A DNA stretch of 32,000 bases from Candidatus Nitrospira inopinata (GCF_001458695.1 NZ_LN885086.1:1920001-1952000), one strand, 5' to 3'. Shown: positions 9,241-19,003, numbered from the stretch's first letter. Made by a program: numbers and translations. Notes: generated by a model not told the origin, from the sequence alone.

Positions 9241-10020
9241 TCAGGGTTTGGCCCGAAGTTGTTTTTCTTGGAGCCAACCGGTCGTGCCGTAGTCGCTTCG
9301 GACGTAGTACACCCAGCCGCTGTCCTGCAATTCCCCGTCGAGGATCGTGAAGACGGTTCCTGGAGGAACGGCCGGGCCTCGCGTTGTTCCTGCCGCGTCG
9401 CGCGACAGGGCGACCTTTTCGCGTGGAGCATCGGGATTCGGCAGCAGCGCGACCCGCTGGCCCTCTTCAAAGAGAGGAGGGGCGGAATCCGTGGCCGATG
9501 GCACGGCTTCGGCGGCCGACGGCGCGGTCGTCCCATTGGGTTGAGTTGCCGGGGTAGGAATCGGCGGGAGATTCGTCTGGGGCGAAGCCGGCGATGACGA
9601 GGCAGAGTCGGCCGTCTCGGTCGGCCGATCACTCGCCGATGGCACGGCGGATCCCGTCGGCGGAGCCGGTTGAACGGACGGGGCGCTGTGACCGGCGGCC
9701 GGTGAAGCCGGTTTCCTCGCAACCGGCGGCGCGGGCTCCGGCGTGTCGTTGAGAAACGGTCCGACGACGTCCATGACGAGATTCGGTTCCATCGCAACGT
9801 AGGCGCCGCCGCCGATCAAGACCAGCAGAAGAACCCACATCAGGGGGCTTTTCCCCGGTTTTTTAGGCGGAGTTTTCAAGGGCGAGGGCGAGCGGATGTT
9901 CGATGTTTGCTCCAACTCTTCTTCCGTAAATTCCAAGTCCGGTTCCGGCTGACGCGCGAAAAAGAGGCTCCAGATCGGCAGGTTGCCGGGTATGGACGGG
10001 CCGTCGGTCGCAAACATCAT
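9241..10020 (-). CDS. Single-pass membrane protein with Pro/Ala/Ser-rich linker and C-terminal SH3-like domain
   Basis: 259 aa with one hydrophobic helix (LMWVLLLVLIGGGAYVA), a long P/A/S-rich low-complexity stretch, and a C-terminus (FTILDGELQDSGWVYYVRSDYGTTGWLQEKQL) resembling bacterial SH3 domains. Strong SD GAGGAGG lies upstream of the ATG at 10020. Confidence 0.6.
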   Translation of the reverse strand: MMFATDGPSIPGNLPIWSLFFARQPEPDLEFTEEELEQTSNIRSPSPLKTPPKKPGKSPLMWVLLLVLIGGGAYVAMEPNLVMDVVGPFLNDTPEPAPPVARKPASPAAGHSAPSVQPAPPTGSAVPSASDRPTETADSASSSPASPQTNLPPIPTPATQPNGTTAPSAAEAVPSATDSAPPLFEEGQRVALLPNPDAPREKVALSRDAAGTTRGPAVPPGTVFTILDGELQDSGWVYYVRSDYGTTGWLQEKQLRAKP

Positions 10021-10138
10021 AGACCTCCTCTGGCGGAATACTCAGCGATGAAGAACATGAGGGTGTACTTATCACCAAGCTGCCGACGTGTCAATTTTGC
10101 GCGGAATTTCAGCGGAGTGGAAAAGCAAATCGTTGACG

Positions 10139-11887
10139 TCAACACGATGAGACGCGGGAGCAGGTCAACACCTGGTGCTGTCGGCTTCCGGATCGATAGA
10201 CGGTCAGACCTTTGCAGTTGAGTTTATGGGCGAGCAAGAACGCGTCGGCCACGTCCTGGGGCGTGGCCGACGCGGGAAGGTTGATCGTCTTCGAGACGCC
10301 GCTGTCGCTGTATTTTTGGAAGGCCGCTTGCACGCGAACGTGATGGGTCGGACTGATATCGTGCGCGGTGACGAACAGGCGGCGGAGATCCTCCGGAATC
10401 GAAGTCACGTGTTGGATGGATTCTTGTCGACCGACCTCGCGGCGCAGGGTTTCAAGGGGGAGCTTTCTCGCGCGGGCTTGTTTGAGAAATTCCGGATGAA
10501 GCCGTTCTAAATGAACGTTCTCCATGACGGAGTGGACGACGTTGATTCCGTAAAGGGGTTCGATGCCGGCCGAACAGTCCGCCAGGATACTGATCGTGCC
10601 GGTGGGAGCGATGGTCGTGACGGTCGCATGCCGCCGCTCCCGCCCCTCCGCTTGCAAGCGGCTGCCCGCGTAGGCGGGAAACGTTCCCCGTTCCACGGCC
10701 AGTCGCCGGGAAGCCTCGTGAGCCCGGGATTGTATGAACCCCATCAGTTCTTCCGCGATCCGCAGCGCCTCGTCGCTGTCGTAGGGCACGCCGAGTCCGA
10801 TCAAGAGATCGGCGAAGCCCATGATCCCCAGTCCTATTTTCCTCGTCCGCTTGGTGTGCGTTTCAATAAGCGGCACCGGGAATTTGGTGCGATCGATGAC
10901 GTTGTCAAGGAATCGGACGGCGAGCGGAATGACGGCGGCGAGTCGATCGTAGTCGATGGCCGGCGAGCCGTTTCGTTCAACGACGAATTTGGCGGCATTG
11001 ATGGAGCCGAGCGTGCAGGATTCGTACGGCAGCAATGGTTGCTCGCCGCAGGGATTGGTGGCTTCGATGGAACCGAGGTGGGGAGTGGGGTTGGCTCGAT
11101 TGATCGCGTCGAGAAACACGACGCCCGGTTCTCCCGAGTGCCAAGCGGCCTGAACCAGCCGGTCGAAGACCACTGCGGCCGGCAGACGACGAACCGGCCG
11201 ACCGGTGCGCGGATTGACCAGCGCATAGGTGCGGCGCCGCGCGACCGCCTGAATGAATCGGTCGGTCAGGCCGACGGAGAGGTTGAAATTGCTCATCTCG
11301 CCGGGCCGTCGTTTCAGGTCGATGAACTCCAGGATATCGGGATGGTCGACGCGCAGAATTCCCATGTTGGCGCCGCGTCTCGTTCCGCCCTGCTTGATGA
11401 CGTCCGTCGCCAGATTGAAGAGGCGCATGAAGGAAACCGGGCCCGACGCCGGTCCGCCGGTGCTGGCGATGCGATCGCCTTGAGGGCGGAGGCGACTGAA
11501 CGAAAATCCCGTGCCCCCGCCGGATTGATGGACGAGCGCCTGCTGCTTGAGCGATTCGAAAATGGATTCCAACGAGTCCTCCACCGGCAGCACGAAACAG
11601 GCCGACAGTTGCTGGAGGGGGCGGCCCGCGTTCATGAGCGTCGGCGAGTTCGGCAGAAAAACCAGCGAGGCCATCAGTTCATAAAATTGACGAGCCAGCG
11701 CGTGGAGGTGCGCCGCCGATGAAGAATGCCGCTCCCCTGACGCGATATCGCGGGCGACGCGCCACAACATGGCGTGTGAAGATTCGGCGACGGCTCCGCC
11801 GGGGCCTTTGGCCAGATACCGCTGCCGCAGCACGACGCGCGCATTCCGCGAAAATTTCGGTTGTGGCAGCCGACGTGGTGCGACCAT
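10139..11887 (-). CDS. nrdJ: Adenosylcobalamin-dependent (class II) ribonucleotide reductase
   Basis: 582 aa with the N-terminal [14 protein letters not shown] block, the active-site [11 protein letters not shown] motif, GVSKTINLP, and a C-terminal Cys pair (CSRVSSC). Confidence 0.9.
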   Translation of the reverse strand: MVAPRRLPQPKFSRNARVVLRQRYLAKGPGGAVAESSHAMLWRVARDIASGERHSSSAAHLHALARQFYELMASLVFLPNSPTLMNAGRPLQQLSACFVLPVEDSLESIFESLKQQALVHQSGGGTGFSFSRLRPQGDRIASTGGPASGPVSFMRLFNLATDVIKQGGTRRGANMGILRVDHPDILEFIDLKRRPGEMSNFNLSVGLTDRFIQAVARRRTYALVNPRTGRPVRRLPAAVVFDRLVQAAWHSGEPGVVFLDAINRANPTPHLGSIEATNPCGEQPLLPYESCTLGSINAAKFVVERNGSPAIDYDRLAAVIPLAVRFLDNVIDRTKFPVPLIETHTKRTRKIGLGIMGFADLLIGLGVPYDSDEALRIAEELMGFIQSRAHEASRRLAVERGTFPAYAGSRLQAEGRERRHATVTTIAPTGTISILADCSAGIEPLYGINVVHSVMENVHLERLHPEFLKQARARKLPLETLRREVGRQESIQHVTSIPEDLRRLFVTAHDISPTHHVRVQAAFQKYSDSGVSKTINLPASATPQDVADAFLLAHKLNCKGLTVYRSGSRQHQVLTCSRVSSC

Positions 11888-11997
11888 GGGAACATTATCT
11901 CATACTGTGGGAGCGGTCAGTGATAAAGAGTCCGCCGCCGTTCGGCCTTCCTCTTGAAACTTGTGGGACCGGCAGGCACAATGACGGCCGTCAGACC

Positions 11998-12411
11998 ATG
12001 AAATCCTACCGCGAAGAACTCTGGTTCGAAACCAAAACGAGACGGGCTTATCTCAACATCACCCCGCAGGTTGAAGCGGCGGTCAAGAGAAGCGGAGTGC
12101 GGGAGGGCTTGGTATTGGTGAACGCCATGCACATCACCGCCAGCGTCTACATCAATGACGACGAGCCAGGCCTCTTGCGCGACTACGACGAGTTTCTCGA
12201 ACGGCTCGCTCCGCACGACGCGCGCTATCGACACAACGACACCGGCGAGGACAACGGCGACGCTCACGTGAAACGTCAAATCATGAGGCGGGAGGTGGTG
12301 GTGGCCATCACGGGCGGCAAGCTGGACTTCGGTCCATGGGAGCAAATTTTTTACGGGGAGTTCGACGGCCGTCGAAGAAAACGAGTGTTGGTGAAAATCA
12401 TCGGCGAATAG
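11998..12411 (+). CDS. yjbQ: YjbQ/UPF0047 family protein (secondary thiamine-phosphate synthase-like)
   Basis: 137 aa from the ATG at 11998 ([25 protein letters not shown]...[15 protein letters not shown]...HVKRQ...[13 protein letters not shown]), matching the conserved YjbQ pattern. The upstream part of the 230-aa track ORF is not conserved-looking. Confidence 0.8.
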   Translation: MKSYREELWFETKTRRAYLNITPQVEAAVKRSGVREGLVLVNAMHITASVYINDDEPGLLRDYDEFLERLAPHDARYRHNDTGEDNGDAHVKRQIMRREVVVAITGGKLDFGPWEQIFYGEFDGRRRKRVLVKIIGE

Positions 12412-12564
12412 CAACCATTTGTCGAGACGGCTCCGCGCGGCCGAATTTTCCCCGATCGCATCGGAACCGATTCCTCGCTTGCACCGGGCGGGAAAGTTTG
12501 GCAACATGAATCGTGTCCGTCGCAAAAATTCATTCAACACGGTCGTCCAATAGAGGAACCGCAC

Positions 12565-13575
12565 ATGTTGGCCTGGCCCCGTCCTGATCCGCTCACGCGC
12601 GATCTTATTCATCTCATCAACGCCCGACGCCACGATCACGGTGACAATGACGACGCCATTGATACGCTGCAGGCGTTTCTTGAGCAGGGGCGCGAACACG
12701 ATCTGTTGACGGTGCTTGCCGCGCTCGATGAAGAAATGGCGGAATGGCTGTTCGATCTTGTCGCCGAGGCCAGTTGCACGTTGGTGCTCGACGGGCCGGA
12801 CGATAAACCCTCTTACGCCGTCATGGCGGCTCTGGGATTGCCGCTCCAGGCCAATCTGACGTCTCCGCTCAAATTGAAAATCGATCCGATCAAAACGGCG
12901 GATCTGCTCCATCGGTATCTGCGGATTCCCACGGGAACGGTCGTCCGCGTGGAACCTCGATTGTTGACCGACGCCACGTTGGAGCTTCTCAACTTACAGT
13001 CGCTTCATGAACATCTCGCGACGGTTGCCGAGTCTCGCCGCGCGCAAACGGTGGCGGCTCGATTGCTTCCGCCGGTCGAGAATACGGCGTTTCTGTTGTT
13101 CGAGCTGATCGGGGCTCCGGACCCCGGTTTGCCTGATTCATGGGAGCATCACCATCGGCGCGCCGTCTTGGAAGGGCTCATGGAGCAGTGCCCGGAGCTG
13201 GCCGAAGCTCCCGATACGATCGAGCCGCCGGTCTATGCCGCCTATGCGATGTTCGACGCCCAGAACGCGGTCCGGTTGCATCACTTGGCCGACGAAACGG
13301 CGGCGGTCTGGCGCGAATTGGACCCGCTCGTCCGGTCCCGCACGATCGTGCATCTGCATACGCAATGCGGCAACGGCGTCTACATGCCGGTGTGGACGGA
13401 TTTATTCGATCCTGAACTGCCGGAAGAACACGGCCCGGTGTGGACGTCGTCCGATGTATGGGTCTTCACGGCTGATTTGCCCATCGAGTGGCCGGGCGAG
13501 ATGCTGACCAACCGGCTGCTGGCCGAAGGGTGCACCCGGTTCGAGAATCACATCGTCGAAACTCCGGAAAACTGA
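12565..13575 (+). CDS. Hypothetical protein (acidic, no recognisable domain)
   Basis: 336-aa ORF with coding-like codon usage and no competing credible ORF. No motif I can assign. Confidence 0.55.
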   Translation: MLAWPRPDPLTRDLIHLINARRHDHGDNDDAIDTLQAFLEQGREHDLLTVLAALDEEMAEWLFDLVAEASCTLVLDGPDDKPSYAVMAALGLPLQANLTSPLKLKIDPIKTADLLHRYLRIPTGTVVRVEPRLLTDATLELLNLQSLHEHLATVAESRRAQTVAARLLPPVENTAFLLFELIGAPDPGLPDSWEHHHRRAVLEGLMEQCPELAEAPDTIEPPVYAAYAMFDAQNAVRLHHLADETAAVWRELDPLVRSRTIVHLHTQCGNGVYMPVWTDLFDPELPEEHGPVWTSSDVWVFTADLPIEWPGEMLTNRLLAEGCTRFENHIVETPEN

Positions 13576-13691
13576 CCGCCGCTTCCGTTCTCCGGCCCGA
13601 TCGGCTGCAAATCTTCTCGCCCGCTCAATCGCCGCTGCGCGAAATGCGCGATTCGGTGATTTTCTCGCCGGCTCGTTTTATTCTTCACAAC

Positions 13692-14105
13692 ATGAAAGGA
13701 AGAACGCAGCCTGATCCATCCGGACGAGCGATGGCGAACTTGGCGTCGCTTATAGGATTGGCCTTGGTCTGGAGTGTCGTCTGGGCCAATCTGCCCTCCT
13801 GGGAAGAATTGCTGTCGGAACAGCCGGTGGTTCACTCTCCGGCCGTCGTGCCCGAGCTCGATCTGACGATTCCGGGGGTTACCGCTTCTCGCTCCGCCGG
13901 AGAGTCTCATCGGGCCGGGCGAGACACCGACCGGCGAGAAAGCCATTCCCATCGCGTTTCAAGGGCGAAGTGCCCTGAAGACGCGCAACGAACCTGCCCC
14001 GCTTCCCTGCCGAACGAAGAGCGTCTCCAGTGCGAGGCGCTGAACCTGAAACGTCCATCGACTTCCTGCCGGACGCCTGAGGAGCAGGCGGCGCAAGGCA
14101 AATAA
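13692..14105 (+). CDS. Hypothetical small protein with N-terminal signal-anchor/signal peptide and four C-terminal Cys
   Basis: In-frame ATG at 13692 (alternative 13731) gives MKGRTQPDPSGRAMANLASLIGLALVWSVVWA..., a hydrophobic N-terminal segment. The C-terminal region carries four Cys. The start is uncertain, and whether this is a real gene is uncertain. Confidence 0.35.
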   Translation: MKGRTQPDPSGRAMANLASLIGLALVWSVVWANLPSWEELLSEQPVVHSPAVVPELDLTIPGVTASRSAGESHRAGRDTDRRESHSHRVSRAKCPEDAQRTCPASLPNEERLQCEALNLKRPSTSCRTPEEQAAQGK

Positions 14106-14110
14106 TTCGG

Positions 14111-15535
14111 CTAAGCGGCAAGCGTTTTCAGGCAGGAGCGGAGGTCTCGCGCGAGCTCGCCCGCCTGGCGGTAGCGACGGATCGGGTTTTTCTGAAGGGC
14201 ACGATCCAGAATGTCCTGCAAAGCGGGGGGGAGATCGGTTCTCAATGCCGATAGCTTGGGATGCGGGGCGTTGGCGATGGCAAACAGGACGGCCGGCACG
14301 TTATCACCCGTAAAGGGGGGACAGCCGGTTAGGAGTTCGAACGTCACGACGCCCAGTGAAAAGATGTCGGACCGGCCGTCCACTTTTTTCCCGGCGATCT
14401 GTTCCGGCGACATATAGGTGGGAGTTCCCATTACGGTATGCGTCGTGGTCCTTGACGACGACGTCATGTGAGCGATGCCGAAATCCATCACCTTGACCAC
14501 CTGATCGTCCGTCAGCATGATATTGGCGGGTTTGACGTCGCGATGAACGACGCCTCGTTGATGGGCGTAATCCAAGGCGTCGGCGACGGTGGCAAGAATG
14601 GGGAGCAGTTTGTCGAGCGCCAAAAGATGAGGCGCGCGCGACCACTTCTTGAGCGTGGTGCCGTGGAGTAATTCCATCGCGATATAGCCCAGATCGTCTT
14701 CCTCCCCGGCGTCGAAGATGGTCACGATGTTCGGATGAGACAGATGACCCGCCGACTCGGCTTCCCGAAAGAAGCGGGCTTTGGCCGCTTGGTATTTTTC
14801 GTAATCGTCAACGCCGTCCAATCGCATCGTTTTGATGGCGACAAACCGTTGAATCGTGGGATCTTTCCCAAGATAGACGACTCCCATCGCGCCGCGTCCC
14901 AATTCTTTTAAAATTTTGTATCGGCCGAGCATGCCGGGTGAATTTCTGTAGGCCGGGGGGGAGGCGGCTCCGAAATCGACTTCGTCAGTGGGACTCTGCG
15001 AACCGATCTTGTCCGTGTTCTCGTCGGCCCACGGTGACGACCCCGGATTGCTCCGCCCATCCGAAGTGGAAAAAAAGCAGCGGAGAGAATCAAGTTTTGA
15101 AAGCCACCCGGCCGTGACCCACAATCCCGCCAATGTCAGACCTGAGGCGTAGGAGAGCCGATAATACCGACTCCCGATGGAGTCAATGAGCGGAAACTCG
15201 GCGGCTCGAATCGTTCTGTCCACGACGATCAACAAAACGAGAGCGGTTAAAGGGAAGACAAGTTTGCGCAGAAACGAAAAGCCGCTCCCATTGTCCGGCA
15301 TCCACCGATACGCTTGGATCGTGACCAGACTCAGCGCAACCAGGCCGGTTCCCTCCATGAGCACGCGGACGGTTTGGGAGCCGTTCAGAGCATGAAACGC
15401 AAGGGGAGCCGCCTGCGAGAAAGGGAGCTTGCTGAGCAAAGGACCTCCGAAGAGGGCCATGAGAAGAACGAGAAAATACGAACATGTCCAGCCGAGCGCC
15501 TTCGTCATGGGTGCATGCGCCGTCAAACTCGTCAC
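14111..15535 (-). CDS. Ser/Thr protein kinase with N-terminal multi-pass membrane domain
   Basis: The C-terminal half has Hanks-kinase motifs: GRGAMGVVY (G-loop), VAIK, HRDVKPANIM, DFGIA and GTPTYMSPE. The N-terminal ~170 aa contain about 4 hydrophobic helices. GTG start at 15535 (alternative ATG at 15508). Confidence 0.88.
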   Translation of the reverse strand: MTSLTAHAPMTKALGWTCSYFLVLLMALFGGPLLSKLPFSQAAPLAFHALNGSQTVRVLMEGTGLVALSLVTIQAYRWMPDNGSGFSFLRKLVFPLTALVLLIVVDRTIRAAEFPLIDSIGSRYYRLSYASGLTLAGLWVTAGWLSKLDSLRCFFSTSDGRSNPGSSPWADENTDKIGSQSPTDEVDFGAASPPAYRNSPGMLGRYKILKELGRGAMGVVYLGKDPTIQRFVAIKTMRLDGVDDYEKYQAAKARFFREAESAGHLSHPNIVTIFDAGEEDDLGYIAMELLHGTTLKKWSRAPHLLALDKLLPILATVADALDYAHQRGVVHRDVKPANIMLTDDQVVKVMDFGIAHMTSSSRTTTHTVMGTPTYMSPEQIAGKKVDGRSDIFSLGVVTFELLTGCPPFTGDNVPAVLFAIANAPHPKLSALRTDLPPALQDILDRALQKNPIRRYRQAGELARDLRSCLKTLAA

Positions 15536-15633
15536 AGTCTAACGGATCATCAAGGCGAGTCAATGAATCCCGAAAAAGGAGCAGTATGCGTTCCAATCCG
15601 GCGGGAGATCCACGCCCGATGGGTGAGCGCAAG

Positions 15634-16482
15634 CTACAACTTGGAGTGCGCGCGTTTCATGGAATCGACAAGGGAGCAGGGAACGTGCAACGTCCCTCTG
15701 CCGACGCCGACGCCGATGTCCGGCTTGGTCATCCCGTGGAAGTCGCTTCCGCCCGTGACCAGCAGATCCAATTGTTTGGCCAACGCTAAATACTCGCGCG
15801 TTTGCCGGGCGGTGTGCGTGCTGTAATAGACTTCGATGCCGGCGAGCCCGTCGGCTTTGAGTCGGCGGGCCAGATCCGACAACGTGCCGTCCGGCGTCTT
15901 GATCCAGGTGGGGTGGGCGAGGACCGCAAGCCCCTTTGCGTCCTTGATCCATCGGATGGCTTCCGCGGGAGCGGGGAGTTCGCGCGCGACATAGGCCGGG
16001 CGTCCCTCCGCAAGCCACAGATCGAATGCTTCTTGCGCCGATGCGACGACGCGTTTGTCAATCAGCACTCGCGCGATATGCGGTCGCCCGACCGAATCGG
16101 TTCCGGCCACCGCGCGAACCTCGTCGTAGGTAATATCAATGCCCGCAGCCTGCAACCGTTCGATGATTTTGGGATTTCGGCGGTGACGGCTTTCGCGGAG
16201 GACCGCCAGTCGTCGATTCAGCGTCTCGTCTTGCCAGTCGAGAAAGTATCCCAGCACGTGCAATTCCGCGTCGCCGAAGAGGGAACTGATCTCGACTCCG
16301 GGGATGACGTCGATGCCGCGTTCTCGGCCGGTCCGCGTGGCTTCGGGTATGCCCGATGTGATGTCGTGATCGGTAATGGCTGCCGCCGTCACGCCGGCTT
16401 CGTGCGCGAGGGCGATGACTTCGGCAGGAGTGAAGCTTCCGTCGGAATGGGTGGTGTGCAGGTGAAGATCCGCGCGGCTCAT
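15634..16482 (-). CDS. PHP-domain metal-dependent phosphoesterase (TrpH/YciV-like)
   Basis: MSRADLHLHTTHSDGS N-terminus, ITDHD, and C-terminal GGSDFHG are PHP motifs. ATG at 16482 is preceded by GAGAGG. The track ORF start at 16500 is a TTG. Confidence 0.85.
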   Translation of the reverse strand: MSRADLHLHTTHSDGSFTPAEVIALAHEAGVTAAAITDHDITSGIPEATRTGRERGIDVIPGVEISSLFGDAELHVLGYFLDWQDETLNRRLAVLRESRHRRNPKIIERLQAAGIDITYDEVRAVAGTDSVGRPHIARVLIDKRVVASAQEAFDLWLAEGRPAYVARELPAPAEAIRWIKDAKGLAVLAHPTWIKTPDGTLSDLARRLKADGLAGIEVYYSTHTARQTREYLALAKQLDLLVTGGSDFHGMTKPDIGVGVGRGTLHVPCSLVDSMKRAHSKL

Positions 16483-16496
16483 GTCGGCCGTACCTC

Positions 16497-17408
16497 TCAA
16501 GATGGTTTTCGTGCGACGAGTCTGGCCGTGTACGCCGGGCGATCCGTCCGGCGCCCCTCGTCATAATGCAAGATCTGGAGGCCGGATGCAAGGTTGAGCA
16601 GCTCGTTGGGGCCGAGACAAAACTCCCGTCTCTTTGGATGACGGTAGTGAACGTGGTTGTCGATCGTGAACGTTTCATAGACCAGCGCGCCGCCCGGCTT
16701 CAGCGCTTCGAGGAGGAGGGGGAACAGGGGACGATGGAGATAAAAAAACACGGCGATCACGTCGTATCGTTCCTTGCCGAGACGGGGTTCATGGGGGGGA
16801 GGCTGTTCAAGATCGACGACCTGTATCGTGATTCCCTCGCACGCGCGTGATCGGGCGGAGGTGAGGAGCCGATCCAGGGCGGCGGCGTCCCGATCGACGG
16901 CGTGGACCTGATAGCCGTGGGACGCGAGAAACAGCGAGTGGCGACCGTTGCCGGCCGCCACGTCAAGCGCGGCGCCGGAGGGAAGTCGGTGCAGTTGTTC
17001 GACGAGCAGTCGGGCCGGAGCGTCATCGTCGTATCGTGTTTGATGGGTCTCTCTGGTCCGTTCAACGGAGACTCCGACGGAACCGATGACGAAATCGATC
17101 GGCGGATGGAGTTTCCGAAGCCACAGCTTGGCGTGCTCGATCGGAAATTCCTCGAACAACATCCTGAGGAGTCGCTCGGCCATGGTTTCTAACAGACGGC
17201 AGTCTTGCGCCGTTCCGACTTCCACGAGGCGTCGGGCGACGGCGGCATAGTCGATGGTGAGTTCAAGTTGGTCGCCGAGATCCGGCTGTTCGGAGGAGCG
17301 GTGCAGTTCCACGTCGATCGCGAGCGGTTGCGGACGGGCCCGTTCCTCGGCCGTCACGCCGCAGCGGCCGCGGAATTCCAACCGCTCGATCACGATGGAC
17401 TCCGGCAT
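16497..17408 (-). CDS. Fusion protein: dihydroneopterin aldolase (FolB) domain plus class I SAM-dependent methyltransferase domain
   Basis: Residues 1-~118 (IVIERLEFRGRCGVTAEERARPQPLAIDVEL...TIDYAAV...) look like FolB. Residues ~140-303 carry the SAM motif I LDVAAGNGRHSLFLASHGYQVHAVDRD and the post-I/II pattern (YDVIAVFFYLHR, LKPGGALVYETF), resembling TehB/TPMT-like methyltransferases. Confidence 0.75.
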   Translation of the reverse strand: MPESIVIERLEFRGRCGVTAEERARPQPLAIDVELHRSSEQPDLGDQLELTIDYAAVARRLVEVGTAQDCRLLETMAERLLRMLFEEFPIEHAKLWLRKLHPPIDFVIGSVGVSVERTRETHQTRYDDDAPARLLVEQLHRLPSGAALDVAAGNGRHSLFLASHGYQVHAVDRDAAALDRLLTSARSRACEGITIQVVDLEQPPPHEPRLGKERYDVIAVFFYLHRPLFPLLLEALKPGGALVYETFTIDNHVHYRHPKRREFCLGPNELLNLASGLQILHYDEGRRTDRPAYTARLVARKPS

Positions 17409-17473
17409 GCCGCATTGTCGGCGAGGCGATTTGAGGCTGTCAAGCGCGGGACGGATTGCGGGAGTGCGGACGG

Positions 17474-19003
17474 CTACACGAAATAACGGCTGGTGTCGAA
17501 TTTGTGTCGGGTGTGGTCGATGAGACGAGCGATGCTGTGAGCGTAGCAGCCGGTCTCGTCCTTTTCGGTCAAGTCCAGCTCCGGTCCGTTGTCGAGAGGA
17601 TTGCCCTCCGGATCGGCGATCACTTTAACCAGCGGGCGTTCGCTGTCCGAGAGGCTGGCGGCCGGTTTGAGCACGACCGCAAACGCGCCGTTCGTGAGTT
17701 CCACGAGGCTGCCGATCGGGATGATGCCCACACAGGTCACGAACAGTTTCATGAGCGTCGGGTCGAAGCTCGTTCCCGCCTTCTCGATCATCAGGCGCAG
17801 GACTTTTGAGGGAGCCATCGCCTCGCGGCGGTAGACTCGGGACGACGTCATCGCGTCGTAACAGTCGGCGATCGACACGATGCGGCTCGAGACGCTTTGT
17901 GTCCAGGGGACGGCCAGTTTGGGATAGCCCGAAAAGTCGTAATTCATGTGGTGTTCAAAGGACGCGGAGGCCATTCGTGCCGGAACGTTTCCGAAGCCGC
18001 GCAATTTGATGAGCGTGAACACCCCCTCTTTGGGGTGGGTTTGCATGATTTCCCACTCCTCGGGGCTGAACTCGCCGGGCTTGTTGAGGACGTCCAGCGA
18101 GATCGCGCATTTCCCCACGTCATGGAAGAGCGCCGCCAAGCCGAGATCGGCCAGATCGACTTTGGCGTATCCCGCCCGGTTGCCGAGCGCCATGGAAAGC
18201 AACGCCACGTTGACGGAATGTTCCTGGGTGTACTGGTCGTGACAGCGCAACGTCGTAAAGCCCAGCATGGCCGGCTCGTCCTGCATCATCAGGTCGACGA
18301 TGTTTTGAATGGCCCGTTTGGCCTGTTTGAAGCTCAGGGTGCCTCCCTCGCGGGCGGATTGAGTGAGGCGGCCGACCGCGTCGGAGACTTTTTCATAAGC
18401 GGCTTTCATCTGCGCTTTCCGGCGAAGCTTCGGGGAATCGTCGTCGGACGAAGCCGCCGGCGCCAACGCGCGGGGACTTTCGATCGTGATGCCCGTGACG
18501 TTGAGCTCGGCAAGGGCTTGCCGAAAGTCGTCGATCGATTGCGTGGCGGGGTCGAGGCTGACGAACAAAGAGGCGAACTGGCGGAGGTCGTCGGAAGAGA
18601 GTGAGCGGGAAAAGGTGAGTCCGCCTATTTTCCAGGTATTCAGAGCGTCGATCACGTTGGACAGAACCAGCATCTGTTGCTGGCTGACCCGCAGATGGTC
18701 CTCGCCCAGGAAGAAGAAATCGTTCTGCACGCGGAGCGTGACCGGATGCTCGTGAGCCAGGGTATGGATGAGCGTCAACATGGACTCGACCGGCTTGTCA
18801 AGGGCGGCGTTGTTGCGACCGTGAATGCGGGACGTTTTGATCAAAGCGTTCAATTGGGTCAGCAGTTGAAACCCCAACATCGCCATTTGTTGGTCATAGA
18901 TGTCTCCGGCTTCCGAGCCCTGTCCCACCTTTTTGGCGAGCGATTGCTCGTGGGCGAGAATCGGCGGGACGCCGATCGAGGAAGGAGAGGAAGATTCGTT
19001 CAT
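17474..19003 (-). CDS. HD-GYP domain protein (putative cyclic-di-GMP phosphodiesterase) with uncharacterised N-terminal domain
   Basis: Motifs HSVNVA, LFHDVGK and FEHHMNYDFSGYP (an HHxxxDxSGYP variant). The start ATG at 19003 overlaps the upstream stop as ATGA. The 598-aa track ORF is an Arg-rich over-extension. Confidence 0.82.
   Translation of the reverse strand: MNESSSPSSIGVPPILAHEQSLAKKVGQGSEAGDIYDQQMAMLGFQLLTQLNALIKTSRIHGRNNAALDKPVESMLTLIHTLAHEHPVTLRVQNDFFFLGEDHLRVSQQQMLVLSNVIDALNTWKIGGLTFSRSLSSDDLRQFASLFVSLDPATQSIDDFRQALAELNVTGITIESPRALAPAASSDDDSPKLRRKAQMKAAYEKVSDAVGRLTQSAREGGTLSFKQAKRAIQNIVDLMMQDEPAMLGFTTLRCHDQYTQEHSVNVALLSMALGNRAGYAKVDLADLGLAALFHDVGKCAISLDVLNKPGEFSPEEWEIMQTHPKEGVFTLIKLRGFGNVPARMASASFEHHMNYDFSGYPKLAVPWTQSVSSRIVSIADCYDAMTSSRVYRREAMAPSKVLRLMIEKAGTSFDPTLMKLFVTCVGIIPIGSLVELTNGAFAVVLKPAASLSDSERPLVKVIADPEGNPLDNGPELDLTEKDETGCYAHSIARLIDHTRHKFDTSRYFV

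Noticed and set aside
10511-11722. 403-aa plus-strand ORF, one of several similarly long ORFs: 24070-25254 (+), 6202-7257 (+), 11917-12912 (-), 29061-30026 (-), 1001-1819 (-), 17897-18604 (+).
   Set aside because: Each lies antisense to, or out of frame within, a gene with unmistakable conserved motifs (nrdJ, zwf, hpnE-like, yjbQ, transporter, tldD, HD-GYP). Their translations are Arg/Gly/Pro-rich low-complexity sequence typical of shadow ORFs in high-GC DNA.
11888-11968. Possible NrdR box directly upstream of nrdJ (minus strand ACAGTATGAGATAATGT), plus a repeated TGTGGGA at 11906-11912 and 11962-11968.
   Set aside because: The candidate is 17 nt rather than 16. Only the left half fits the NrdR consensus I recall (acaCwAtATaTwGtgt). 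No second properly spaced box is present, and a 7-mer repeated once can occur by chance. Not supportable without a position-weight-matrix scan.
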